From the sequence record MW825358.1: DNA of 64,000 bases; one strand, 5' to 3'. The notes under the pieces were generated by a model, which was given only the letters and a program-made list of their open reading frames with translations, was not told the origin of the DNA and searched no databases. Made by a program: the position numbers and the translations under genes. Shown one piece after another: positions 47,147-55,214 of the stretch (position 1 is its first letter; the number at the start of each line of letters is the position of its first letter).

Positions 47147-47947
47147 TCAGTTGTTACCGCCGACCAACCAGCGCAGGCTGCGCTCCTTAGAGCGCGGGTC
47201 ATTCATATACAGCACCTTGGTCCAGACCTCGCGGATATAATCCGCATACATCTGGTTGGCATCTGAATACGAATCAACGATCTCGCGGAACCGGCCCAAC
47301 TCCATACCACCGACCAGCTGCCCCATTCCCATCGGGATCACCGCATTGGTGTAGATATAGGCCTTCACAGCCAACAGCACCAACTTCTGAAAATGCGGAT
47401 AGGTCTGCGGGTTGAGCTGAGAGAACTCATCGTCATTTTCCAAATAGCAACGCAAGAAGGCGTTGCGCGGCAATGACATGTAATCGGTCACCAAGATGGT
47501 GTTCTCGGCAATCAACCGGACATAGGCGGTGGAGACCACCGGGATACCGGCCTGGGCCTGCATCATTCCCTGGGAGGCTTCCATGATCTGGCTATAGCCT
47601 TCCACCCCCATATACGAGCTGTTCATCATGGTGGACTGACCAATGGTCAAGGCCACGACACGAGAGATCCGTCGGTTTTGGGTCAGACTCATCGGGATGC
47701 GATAGACCAGCTTGTATTGGTCTACCATCTCCGGGTTCACACTGACCAGGGGTAGTTCCACCTGCGTGCCGCCCAGTAAATTGCAGTCTTCCATGACCCG
47801 TGCGGTAATGACCTTTTCCCGGATCATTGCATCGAGCGAAGCGGGGGTCGCCGTCCGCCCGAACTCGCGGGTCACAAACACTTCCTGCAAGATCTCCTTG
47901 GGAATGTCAAATTTGACTTCCTGGATGGCTTTTTGGATTGCGCCCAT
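47147..47947 (-). CDS. Conserved phiKZ-family protein upstream of phuZ (266 aa; possibly virion)
   Basis: AGGAG RBS; divergent from the phuZ operon as in relatives. Confidence 0.7.
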   Translation of the reverse strand: MGAIQKAIQEVKFDIPKEILQEVFVTREFGRTATPASLDAMIREKVITARVMEDCNLLGGTQVELPLVSVNPEMVDQYKLVYRIPMSLTQNRRISRVVALTIGQSTMMNSSYMGVEGYSQIMEASQGMMQAQAGIPVVSTAYVRLIAENTILVTDYMSLPRNAFLRCYLENDDEFSQLNPQTYPHFQKLVLLAVKAYIYTNAVIPMGMGQLVGGMELGRFREIVDSYSDANQMYADYIREVWTKVLYMNDPRSKERSLRWLVGGNN

Positions 47948-48115
47948 TGTCTAGGCTCCTTATGGATAAGTAGGATCATAAGGTATGCAAGTGCCCTGAA
48001 ACAACCAACTTTCAAAAATAGAATATCCTAATGATCACCTGCCCTGTGAAGCTGTAATTTTTAGTGGATGATCACCCATCGTTTGTAGTCTGTCTTTCAC
48101 TTACAGGAGCCTGAC

Positions 48116-48619
48116 GTGAAACAACGTCCCTTCCGTACTAATACCGATTGGGTTGTCAGTAGCGAACACGACTTCACCCCGCGCGGTGTGGAGGAGGAAG
48201 TCCATTTCGCCCTGGCCCAGTACTTGATTCACCGAGACCCCGAGTTGGCATCGTTGCAGTACCATCTCGGCCTTCCCATCATCCTGCGGATGGAGATCGG
48301 CAAGCGCACGATCCATCTGCGGGTCTATGACAAGAACAAGTTGTTGAACAATCCTGATCGACTGGCCTCACGCCGAGCCGAACCGGATTCGGCCTTGTTC
48401 TTGGAGTTCGGTCCCCTGGACAGTCCGGTCCCCACCATCAGCAAACTGCCGTTGGAGTATCGCCTTGATGCCCAATCGCAAGTTCCCATGATGTATGCGG
48501 TGCGCCGGATGAGCAATGACCAGGTGCTCCAGCTCAACGATATTCAGGCCAAGCTTTTGCGAGGTCTGCCGTCCATCGCTGCCTTCCCCTCACCCCCGCT
48601 GGGTGTGGTGGCAGCTTAA
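48116..48619 (+). CDS. Hypothetical protein (167 aa, GTG start)
   Basis: AGGAG RBS; immediately upstream of phuZ. Confidence 0.75.
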   Translation: MKQRPFRTNTDWVVSSEHDFTPRGVEEEVHFALAQYLIHRDPELASLQYHLGLPIILRMEIGKRTIHLRVYDKNKLLNNPDRLASRRAEPDSALFLEFGPLDSPVPTISKLPLEYRLDAQSQVPMMYAVRRMSNDQVLQLNDIQAKLLRGLPSIAAFPSPPLGVVAA

Positions 48620-48646
48620 CCGCCGTTTTTACACAAAGGTACCTTC

Positions 48647-49627
48647 ATGAGCAACAACATTCCCAAGGGCATTCTCAGGCTGTACGGTGCTGGCGGTGCT
48701 GGCATCAATGTCATCGGCAGCTGGAACTCGATGGATAAAGCATCGATTGACGGCACGGCCGAATGCCGGGTGGCCTATCTGGACACCTCCCGCTCCAACC
48801 TGCCGGTCAATGTCAACGAGGACAACCTGTTCCTGATCGAGGACGTGGACGGTTCGGGCAAGGTGCGTGCGGAGAACCACCAGGAGATCTCGCGCTCGAT
48901 CAAGGCCATGATCCAAAAGCACACCCCGGGCGATCTGAACGTGGTGGCCTTCTCCGCCTCCGGTGGTTCTGGTTCGGTGATTGGTCCGCTGGTCATGACG
49001 GCCCTGGCCGAGGCCGGCCACCCGGTAGTGGGGCTGGTGATTGGTTCGGAAGAATCGGCCATCACCTCCAAGAACACCCTCAACACGCTCAAGTCGCTGG
49101 ACAACATGTCCCGCAAGAAGGGCCTGCCGCTGGTGATCTCCTACGCCCACAACAGCGCCGACACCCCGCGTTCGAAGGTGGACAACGACTGCCGCTTCCT
49201 GTTGGCCTCCCTGGCCGTTTTGGCCTCGCGTCAGAACCGCGAGTTGGACACCAAGGACCTGGCCAACTGGATCAACTTCCCCAAGGTCACCTCGGTTGAG
49301 CCGCAGCTCTCGCTGCTGCACGTCTACCGCAAGGCTGAGGATGTGGATGCAGCCTCCAGCCCGATCTCGGTGGCCTCCCTGCTCAAGACCCCGGATGATC
49401 CGACCTTCTCGATCGTCCCGGAGTATATCACCGTGGGTTTTCCCCTCAACCCGGTCAAGGACTTCGAGCAGCTGCACTACGTGATCACCGTCGATGGGGT
49501 GCAGACCATCTCCAAGCTCAACCATGAGCGTGTGGAGGCGGCCGGTAAGATCGCCAGTGCGCGTGTCAAGCATGACTCCATCGTCTCGGCCACCGATGTG
49601 GCTGGCGATGATGGCATGATCCTGTAA
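48647..49627 (+). CDS. phuZ: PhuZ phage tubulin (326 aa)
   Basis: LYGAGGAGINV, YLDTSRSN, DGSGKVR, FSASGGSGSVIG tubulin signature; acidic C-terminus DDGMIL. Confidence 0.95.
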   Translation: MSNNIPKGILRLYGAGGAGINVIGSWNSMDKASIDGTAECRVAYLDTSRSNLPVNVNEDNLFLIEDVDGSGKVRAENHQEISRSIKAMIQKHTPGDLNVVAFSASGGSGSVIGPLVMTALAEAGHPVVGLVIGSEESAITSKNTLNTLKSLDNMSRKKGLPLVISYAHNSADTPRSKVDNDCRFLLASLAVLASRQNRELDTKDLANWINFPKVTSVEPQLSLLHVYRKAEDVDAASSPISVASLLKTPDDPTFSIVPEYITVGFPLNPVKDFEQLHYVITVDGVQTISKLNHERVEAAGKIASARVKHDSIVSATDVAGDDGMIL

Positions 49628-49635
49628 TACCAACC

Positions 49636-49671
49636 GCATAACCCCCTCCCGCTTTGGGAGGGGGCTTGTGC
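49636..49671 (+). terminator. Terminator-like hairpin after phuZ
   Basis: gcataa-ccccctccc-gcttt-gggaggggg-cttgtgc. Confidence 0.7.
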
Positions 49672-49683
49672 AGGAGTCTTGAA

Positions 49684-49884
49684 ATGAATGACAAGTTTGT
49701 TTGTGATACCTGTGGGACGGTGGACCGTCTCGAATTTGCCTACCCTGACGGCAAGCTCCCCACTGGAGAATTCAAGTGCACCCAATGCCAAACCGGCACC
49801 TGGCATCACCTGACCACCAAACGCGCCTACGACCCAAGCAAGGACCTGGTCGTCAATCGGCCTTCCGGTTTGGGGCTGAGCTAG
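49684..49884 (+). CDS. Zn-ribbon protein (66 aa)
   Basis: CDTC...CTQC; AGGAG RBS. Confidence 0.8.
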   Translation: MNDKFVCDTCGTVDRLEFAYPDGKLPTGEFKCTQCQTGTWHHLTTKRAYDPSKDLVVNRPSGLGLS

Positions 49885-49916
49885 GACTGGTCATCCCCCA
49901 TACACCTCAATCTTTG

Positions 49917-50342
49917 ATGACCCGCGAAGAGTTGGTGGTGATGGAGGATTTAGGGTTGGATGGACACTGGCTGATGGCCACCATTGCCGCCCAGCTGTAC
50001 AAAGAAGAATTTGATCCTGATCACAGCGAAGGCGGGTACTTGCGGGGCCGCAATGCGCAGTTGGTCATGCTGGAAGAATCCTTGTACGGTGATATCACCG
50101 CAGGCTTTGAAGCCGAAGGATTTGATGACCAACAGTTACATCGCATGGATGGCTACTTAGAAGAGAACATGCACGTGATCATGGGGGCTGTGGAGAAAAT
50201 CCTCGATGCCCTACAAGAAGTGCTTTGGCATTACTTACCGCCTGAGCATTGCTTGTATCGAAGTGTCAACCGCTACCTCAATGGCTATTCCCATGAAGTT
50301 GGGGCTGGCCATCTTCACTTTGACTTTTGCGATCCGCCATGA
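49917..50342 (+). CDS. Hypothetical acidic protein (141 aa)
   Basis: Start of the phuZ-DNA polymerase gene chain. Confidence 0.7.
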   Translation: MTREELVVMEDLGLDGHWLMATIAAQLYKEEFDPDHSEGGYLRGRNAQLVMLEESLYGDITAGFEAEGFDDQQLHRMDGYLEENMHVIMGAVEKILDALQEVLWHYLPPEHCLYRSVNRYLNGYSHEVGAGHLHFDFCDPP

Positions 50343-50779
50343 AGACCATCGTCCTGCCCTACGATAGCGATGAGTGGTTCACCCTTGAGGACCACTCGTT
50401 GATGGAAGGTTTAGGGTTGAACCCGGCCAAGGTCATTGATCAGATCCTGTTTTGCTGGACCGTCTACGTCCATGGTGCGCCCGATGAGATCTATGAGCGC
50501 ACAGTCAATGACCTGCATGAGATCTACGAGCAGGCCTTTGCTGAGGGCGAGCCGGCCGCGGTGACCTATCAGCAATATCTGGCCGATGAGAACACAGGTG
50601 ATGCCATCTCCGCCTTACTTAGTCTGACCGCCCAGCGCTTGCACCATCTGCTCAACGATCTTCCGCAAGATGTGTTCCAATTTGGGATCAATGATGATCT
50701 CTACCAGTACCTGCGAGTGGAAGCCTTGTCTGAACAGGGACGTTTCCTCAAGCTGGTCATTGATGACGTCTCGCCCTGA
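50339..50779 (+). CDS. Hypothetical acidic protein, possible distant member of paralog family (146 aa)
   Basis: ATGA overlap; MKTIVLP N-terminus, C-terminal beta hairpin. Confidence 0.7.
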   Translation: MKTIVLPYDSDEWFTLEDHSLMEGLGLNPAKVIDQILFCWTVYVHGAPDEIYERTVNDLHEIYEQAFAEGEPAAVTYQQYLADENTGDAISALLSLTAQRLHHLLNDLPQDVFQFGINDDLYQYLRVEALSEQGRFLKLVIDDVSP

Positions 50780-50919
50780 CCTCGTGTCAGGGCGTTATGC
50801 CGTCTATAACCGTCTCTAAGCTGCGCTAAGCTGACTACGTAGTTATTAACGTAGTAGGCCTATCTAATGTACACAATGCCCGTACAGCGCGATTGAGAGC
50901 CATTCTCCATGAGCCCCCC

Positions 50920-51309
50920 ATGCCCAACAAGCCCAGAATTTATTGGACCAAGTTCGTTTACAGTCTCACGCCTGTTCTAGATTGCCTTGAGTCTAGCTTA
51001 GAGGAAGTCCACCAATCCCTGGAGAACCAGGGCATACCGGTAGACAAAGACATCCTCTTTGCAGCCTGGGTGATCATGCGCTTGGAGCGCGATCTGTTTT
51101 TGAACTTGGAGGTCAATGCGCTTAGAGGTCAGGTCTATCAAGCCGCCTCGGTCATCCCACCCCAGTTTTTGCACAACCATCAAGACATCGCTCAGGTGCT
51201 GCTGCGCCAGATCGAACCGAGCTTGCTGGTTGGCGACACCATTCCCTACACGGAGCGGTTGTGTCGAGTGGAGATCTATTCTCACACCCTGACACTGCAC
51301 TTCCTCTAA
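50920..51309 (+). CDS. Hypothetical protein (129 aa)
   Basis: ORF after a palindrome-rich spacer; start uncertain. Confidence 0.65.
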   Translation: MPNKPRIYWTKFVYSLTPVLDCLESSLEEVHQSLENQGIPVDKDILFAAWVIMRLERDLFLNLEVNALRGQVYQAASVIPPQFLHNHQDIAQVLLRQIEPSLLVGDTIPYTERLCRVEIYSHTLTLHFL

Positions 51310-51325
51310 GCGAGCCTGTCTTGAA

Positions 51326-52021
51326 ATGAATAACCTTCCACCGTCCACTGTGTACGTCGTGCCAGGGATTGAGATTGTCCAGGGACTCTTGGATCGGTTT
51401 GAACTCTACGCCTCCAATGAGAAAAAGGCCTCTCATCAGTTGGTGCGCAAAATGCTTGATCATCGCCCCCTGAAGGGCGATACAGTACAAGGCATCAATT
51501 TCAAGTCGGTCAGCGCCTTGGTCTATGCCCTGTACTTAGATGCAATCGAGCAACGCTCCCATTGGGCGGCCCTGGCAGGTCCCTCAGATGCCTATGAGCG
51601 GCAGATGGGTAAGATGATCGCCGGCTACAGTGAGGCCCCGATGGAATTTACCGCCCGGGTGTTCATGGACGTGGTCGATGAGGCTGAGATTTCCGTAGAG
51701 GAATCGATGCGGTTGATTGAGGCCGGTGGTAAGACCTGGAATGTCTGGTATGTCCGGCAGCTAGGTCCTTCGATCATGCTGGAAAAAGGTCCGGACTATC
51801 GCATCTTGGATTGGGAGCGTCGCATGGCCGCTGCGGCCGAGCTGATCGACGGTGAGGACCTGCCGCCGGAAGCTTGGCGTCCGGATGGGGAAGCCCGCCG
51901 CTTTGCCCAGCTCATGCGCAAGGCACAAACCACCTGCACTGTCACCGGCTTTGAAGCGAGCCGGCAGTTGGACACCACCCGAATCAAGAGCAAGCCTGCA
52001 CGTGTAACAAGGAGGCGCTAA
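51326..52021 (+). CDS. Hypothetical protein (231 aa)
   Basis: Chained ORF; IMLEKGPDYRILDWE motif. Confidence 0.75.
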   Translation: MNNLPPSTVYVVPGIEIVQGLLDRFELYASNEKKASHQLVRKMLDHRPLKGDTVQGINFKSVSALVYALYLDAIEQRSHWAALAGPSDAYERQMGKMIAGYSEAPMEFTARVFMDVVDEAEISVEESMRLIEAGGKTWNVWYVRQLGPSIMLEKGPDYRILDWERRMAAAAELIDGEDLPPEAWRPDGEARRFAQLMRKAQTTCTVTGFEASRQLDTTRIKSKPARVTRRR

Positions 52022-52464
52022 TGAGCCGTGCCAACCCGGAAGGTCGGATTGTATTGATTGCAGGCCGTGAGATCTTGGACATGATCGAAGGGTTGCTGTA
52101 TGAGCGGGTTGGACCGGTGGCCTTGGTGGTGGATCTGAAGGCCATCATGGAATCGCAATTGGAAGAGTTCTTCTACGGAGGACAAATCCAAGACACGGTC
52201 TATGATCAGCTCTCAGCCTACCGTGTTCCCACTGATGTCATTCATTACTTCCAGACTACGATCTTGCAGTACTTAAGTGAGCGCATGAGTCTGGCGCTCC
52301 ATGGAATCCGTCCGGCCTATCACTACAGCTTTGAACTCACCGGTGCCGGTGATATCATGGTCTACGAACAACCCCCCACTCCTGTCTTTGGAGGGGCTCG
52401 GGTACAACGTGAGGAGTGCAATGATAATCGTCATTCCCATTCGCGAGATCTGGCAACGCTTTGA
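52021..52464 (+). CDS. Hypothetical protein, paralog-family candidate (147 aa)
   Basis: TAATG overlap; RIVLI N-terminus, FELTGAGDIMV near C-terminus. Confidence 0.75.
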   Translation: MSRANPEGRIVLIAGREILDMIEGLLYERVGPVALVVDLKAIMESQLEEFFYGGQIQDTVYDQLSAYRVPTDVIHYFQTTILQYLSERMSLALHGIRPAYHYSFELTGAGDIMVYEQPPTPVFGGARVQREECNDNRHSHSRDLATL

Positions 52465-52963
52465 CGAGCAAAGCGCAGGTCTGAAGAATTTGGGGGTTAC
52501 GGTGGAACTGGCGGTGCAGACAGCATTTGGCTTTGCAGTCCAATCGGCGCAAGGCCAGGCGATGCAATCACCCCAAAGCGCGGTAAGTTTTGAGATGTTG
52601 GTGCTTCATCTCTTACGTCTGCTCAATGACCAGCTGCCTAGTAACGGGCAGCTGGTCTATGACCGCAATTCCCCGCAACTCCACCATCTGGTAGATGTCA
52701 TCGGCGAAATTTCTTACATGCTTGCCGATACTGTAATCCGCCAACTTGGCCAGTTCCCCTTGACCCTACGTCTTGAACGGTTCACCGGCCCAGACTTAGT
52801 GCTCTCTTTAGACGACGAGGATAATCGTGAGTCTGTTCATCGTTCTTTCTCCGACCGTCGGGCCCCGCGATATCAGCGAACACACCGAACAACTGGAGCA
52901 GCTGCATCTGGACTATCCGGATCTGCTCCAATTGGCCCTAAACAACTGGGGCGTTCTGGCTGA
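52421..52963 (+). CDS. Hypothetical protein, paralog-family member (ATG 52421)
   Basis: GAGGAG RBS; MIIVIP...LERFTGPDLVLSL; 3' end overlaps next gene by 137 nt. Confidence 0.7.
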   Translation: MIIVIPIREIWQRFDEQSAGLKNLGVTVELAVQTAFGFAVQSAQGQAMQSPQSAVSFEMLVLHLLRLLNDQLPSNGQLVYDRNSPQLHHLVDVIGEISYMLADTVIRQLGQFPLTLRLERFTGPDLVLSLDDEDNRESVHRSFSDRRAPRYQRTHRTTGAAASGLSGSAPIGPKQLGRSG

Positions 52964-53216
52964 TACCAACCCGGAAAACCGCTTGGCCCTCCAAGCGGCA
53001 TTGGAGAGTCACTTTACCATTCACCATCCCCGCCGCCTGCGCAGCTATGCCCACATGCAAGCGGTGGTCAATGTCGTACAACAATGTCTGGGTCGTTTCT
53101 ACGATGACCTTCAACATCAACTTGGTCCGATCCTAGATGATACTGGGATGGATGTTCAAGTCAGTCTTCATCGGCTGATTGATAAGGACATCATGGTCCG
53201 TCTGGAGAAGCCCTAA
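52827..53216 (+). CDS. Hypothetical protein, paralog-family member (129 aa, GTG start)
   Basis: GAGGA RBS; FIVLSP...LHRLIDKDIMVRL. Confidence 0.75.
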   Translation: MSLFIVLSPTVGPRDISEHTEQLEQLHLDYPDLLQLALNNWGVLADTNPENRLALQAALESHFTIHHPRRLRSYAHMQAVVNVVQQCLGRFYDDLQHQLGPILDDTGMDVQVSLHRLIDKDIMVRLEKP

Positions 53217-53677
53217 TGAGCAAGATCGCTGCGCCGATCACGGTGGTCTTGTCAGCCAAAGAACTGATCTGTGAACACCAACCGTCTGAGTACCTGTATG
53301 AGATGGTAGGGGTCACCACCAAAGAGCTAGTGGAGATGTTCATTGGACAATGGGATACGGACTACGACTACCAGTTCTTTGGTGGTCAGTTCGAAGATCC
53401 TCACACCGTCCCACGTCTGTCAGCTCGCTTGATGGTCATGGACCTGATCTTTGGAGAGTTTGAGCGCCGGCAGGATTCTGAAGGGGTGGTGCGTCCACCC
53501 TTCACCACGGAAGATCGCGTGGCAGTGGAATTTGCCATGTCCAGTTTGTGGGCCTCTGTTGCGTTGTCTATCTTCCAAAGCCTGGAGACCATGCACGTTA
53601 CCAACCAGCAATTGCAAGGTGTGCAGTTTGAGCGCTGGACCGGGAATGACCTGGTCTTGTCCATCCCCGCCGCGTAA
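53216..53677 (+). CDS. Hypothetical protein, paralog-family member (153 aa)
   Basis: TVVLSA...FERWTGNDLVLSI. Confidence 0.75.
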   Translation: MSKIAAPITVVLSAKELICEHQPSEYLYEMVGVTTKELVEMFIGQWDTDYDYQFFGGQFEDPHTVPRLSARLMVMDLIFGEFERRQDSEGVVRPPFTTEDRVAVEFAMSSLWASVALSIFQSLETMHVTNQQLQGVQFERWTGNDLVLSIPAA

Positions 53678-53687
53678 AGGACGGATC

Positions 53688-54116
53688 ATGTCTTCTTTAA
53701 ATCGACCGCTGACACTCAGGCGTGATCCAAAAGCACCGACCGTTGGGCTGATCATGGGCACCACCTTCTTGCAAGACCGCTATAGCGGGGCCATGCATTA
53801 TTGGACAGGGACCCACTCACTGATGATCATCTGCGCCATCTTGCTGGATCTTTTTGTGACCACCGATGGGGCCACTTACAGCCCTGAGGAGATCCGCGAT
53901 CACCTGGCAGCAGAGATGCACGCTTCAGGATTGGTCAAGCAGCAAGAAGATGCTCTGCCTCATCCTGTGATGGGTCTGATTGCCCATGAGATCTACTTGG
54001 AGATGTGCCAGCAGTTGTGGCCTCAGTTCCTAGATCTTAGACCTGACCCTCGTACGGTCTGCCTTCGTCGTGCCGATCATCTGGTGTTAGAAATCGGCTT
54101 TACTCCTCTTGCTTAA
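53688..54116 (+). CDS. Hypothetical protein (142 aa)
   Basis: AAGGACGGA RBS before ATG 53688. Confidence 0.7.
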   Translation: MSSLNRPLTLRRDPKAPTVGLIMGTTFLQDRYSGAMHYWTGTHSLMIICAILLDLFVTTDGATYSPEEIRDHLAAEMHASGLVKQQEDALPHPVMGLIAHEIYLEMCQQLWPQFLDLRPDPRTVCLRRADHLVLEIGFTPLA

Positions 54117-54128
54117 GATTGGTTCCCC

Positions 54129-54497
54129 ATGCCTGCACCTGCCATTGTGGTTTTAAGTGGTGCGGTGGCATATGAGCGAGTTGGGCGGTTGCTCAACTCG
54201 ATGGTTCACGCCAACCCCGATCGGAATGAGTTCGGTCGGGTGTTGGTGGAACTACTCACCATGCCCAACCGCAACAATACCTCTCAGATGGCCGATATCA
54301 CCCAACACTATCTCCGGCAGTTTATCCTACCGGGGGATGATCCTGGGTTTGATCAGCAAATCGTCTTTGAGGCCCTGACCTACGGCGCCCATGAATTTGC
54401 CCGTAGTTGGTATGAACAAGTCCCGCACGATATCCCTCTCAGTGCCTATTGCTTTGAGCGTTGGCTCAATGGCGATCTGGTACTGAAAAGACGATAG
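54129..54497 (+). CDS. Hypothetical protein, paralog-family member (122 aa)
   Basis: AIVVLSG...FERWLNGDLVLKRR. Confidence 0.75.
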   Translation: MPAPAIVVLSGAVAYERVGRLLNSMVHANPDRNEFGRVLVELLTMPNRNNTSQMADITQHYLRQFILPGDDPGFDQQIVFEALTYGAHEFARSWYEQVPHDIPLSAYCFERWLNGDLVLKRR

Positions 54498-54536
54498 TCT
54501 ATGACCTTTCTTTTTTTCTTTGCGTAGGCCTAGACC

Positions 54537-54944
54537 ATGCTCGAATACTCTGATATCAAGTTGGAGACCACCGTCTCCTTTGACCTGTACCCGGCCAGTT
54601 ATCTGGGCACGAGCGTCAAGAACGCCAAAGTTGTCGCCCTGGTCAATGCCGCCACGGCTATTCGCTTAGGTTTTGATCCGGTGGCCCTGCATGCGGCGGT
54701 GTATCCCACCTTACCGCCTGGCACCCCCAATCGCTATGATGGCTATCAGTATCTGATCTTGCGCACCACCGCAGGTCAGGAGATCCTCATTGGCGTGCCG
54801 TGGATCAAGGAAAGCACCTGGGTGGAGGAGGTCATCAACAATGTGACCTTCTATTGTGAGAATCTCACCCCTGATCAGCGTGCTCGCGCTGTGCAAGCAT
54901 TGTCGGCCATCGGCATTGCAGTGGCCAAGCAAGAATTGAGTTAA
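54537..54944 (+). CDS. Conserved phiKZ-family protein upstream of DNA polymerase (gp49-like, 135 aa)
   Basis: TVSFDLYP, HAAVYPTLP, IGVPWI motifs; synteny. Confidence 0.65.
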   Translation: MLEYSDIKLETTVSFDLYPASYLGTSVKNAKVVALVNAATAIRLGFDPVALHAAVYPTLPPGTPNRYDGYQYLILRTTAGQEILIGVPWIKESTWVEEVINNVTFYCENLTPDQRARAVQALSAIGIAVAKQELS

Positions 54945-54973
54945 ACGCTTTTTTCTTACTTGGAAGGCTTTAT

Positions 54974-55130
54974 GGTGTAGACGACACAGGCGGGTGACGT
55001 CTAAAACCTTTCGGCATGGTTCTCGATTACCCAGCTGGAAGATCTATGAGGCGTTAGCCTCACCACCTAGGCGCTGCTGCCTATGGCGCGGCTCGACAGT
55101 GGAGAGGAGGTCCCTTCGGGGACCTCCTTC
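54974..55130 (+). ncRNA. Putative structured RNA/attenuator ending in an intrinsic terminator
   Basis: Stems TAGACG/CGTCTA, GAGGC/GCCTC, TAGGC/GCCTA, CTCCAC/GTGGAG, then gaggtccc-ttcg-gggacctc-U tract. Confidence 0.4.
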
Positions 55131-55214
55131 TTTTTATGCCGTCTTTTAGAAAATACTGAGACCTGTGGTTTTTTATCGAGCACCCTAATCCAATGTGTGC
55201 CCAAGGTAACGACC

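Noticed and set aside
48009-48050. Possible further copies of the chmA-type promoter upstream of the phuZ operon, and at 28945 and 44790
   Set aside because: Only one box matches or the spacing differs by several nt; too weak to call by eye
55083-55214. N-terminal extension of the DNA polymerase ORF (also 58940 for chmA, 42797 for the SUKH gene, 44020, 49654, 49776, 52301, 53451)
   Set aside because: These upstream starts run through terminators or UTRs and lack an RBS; downstream starts fit better
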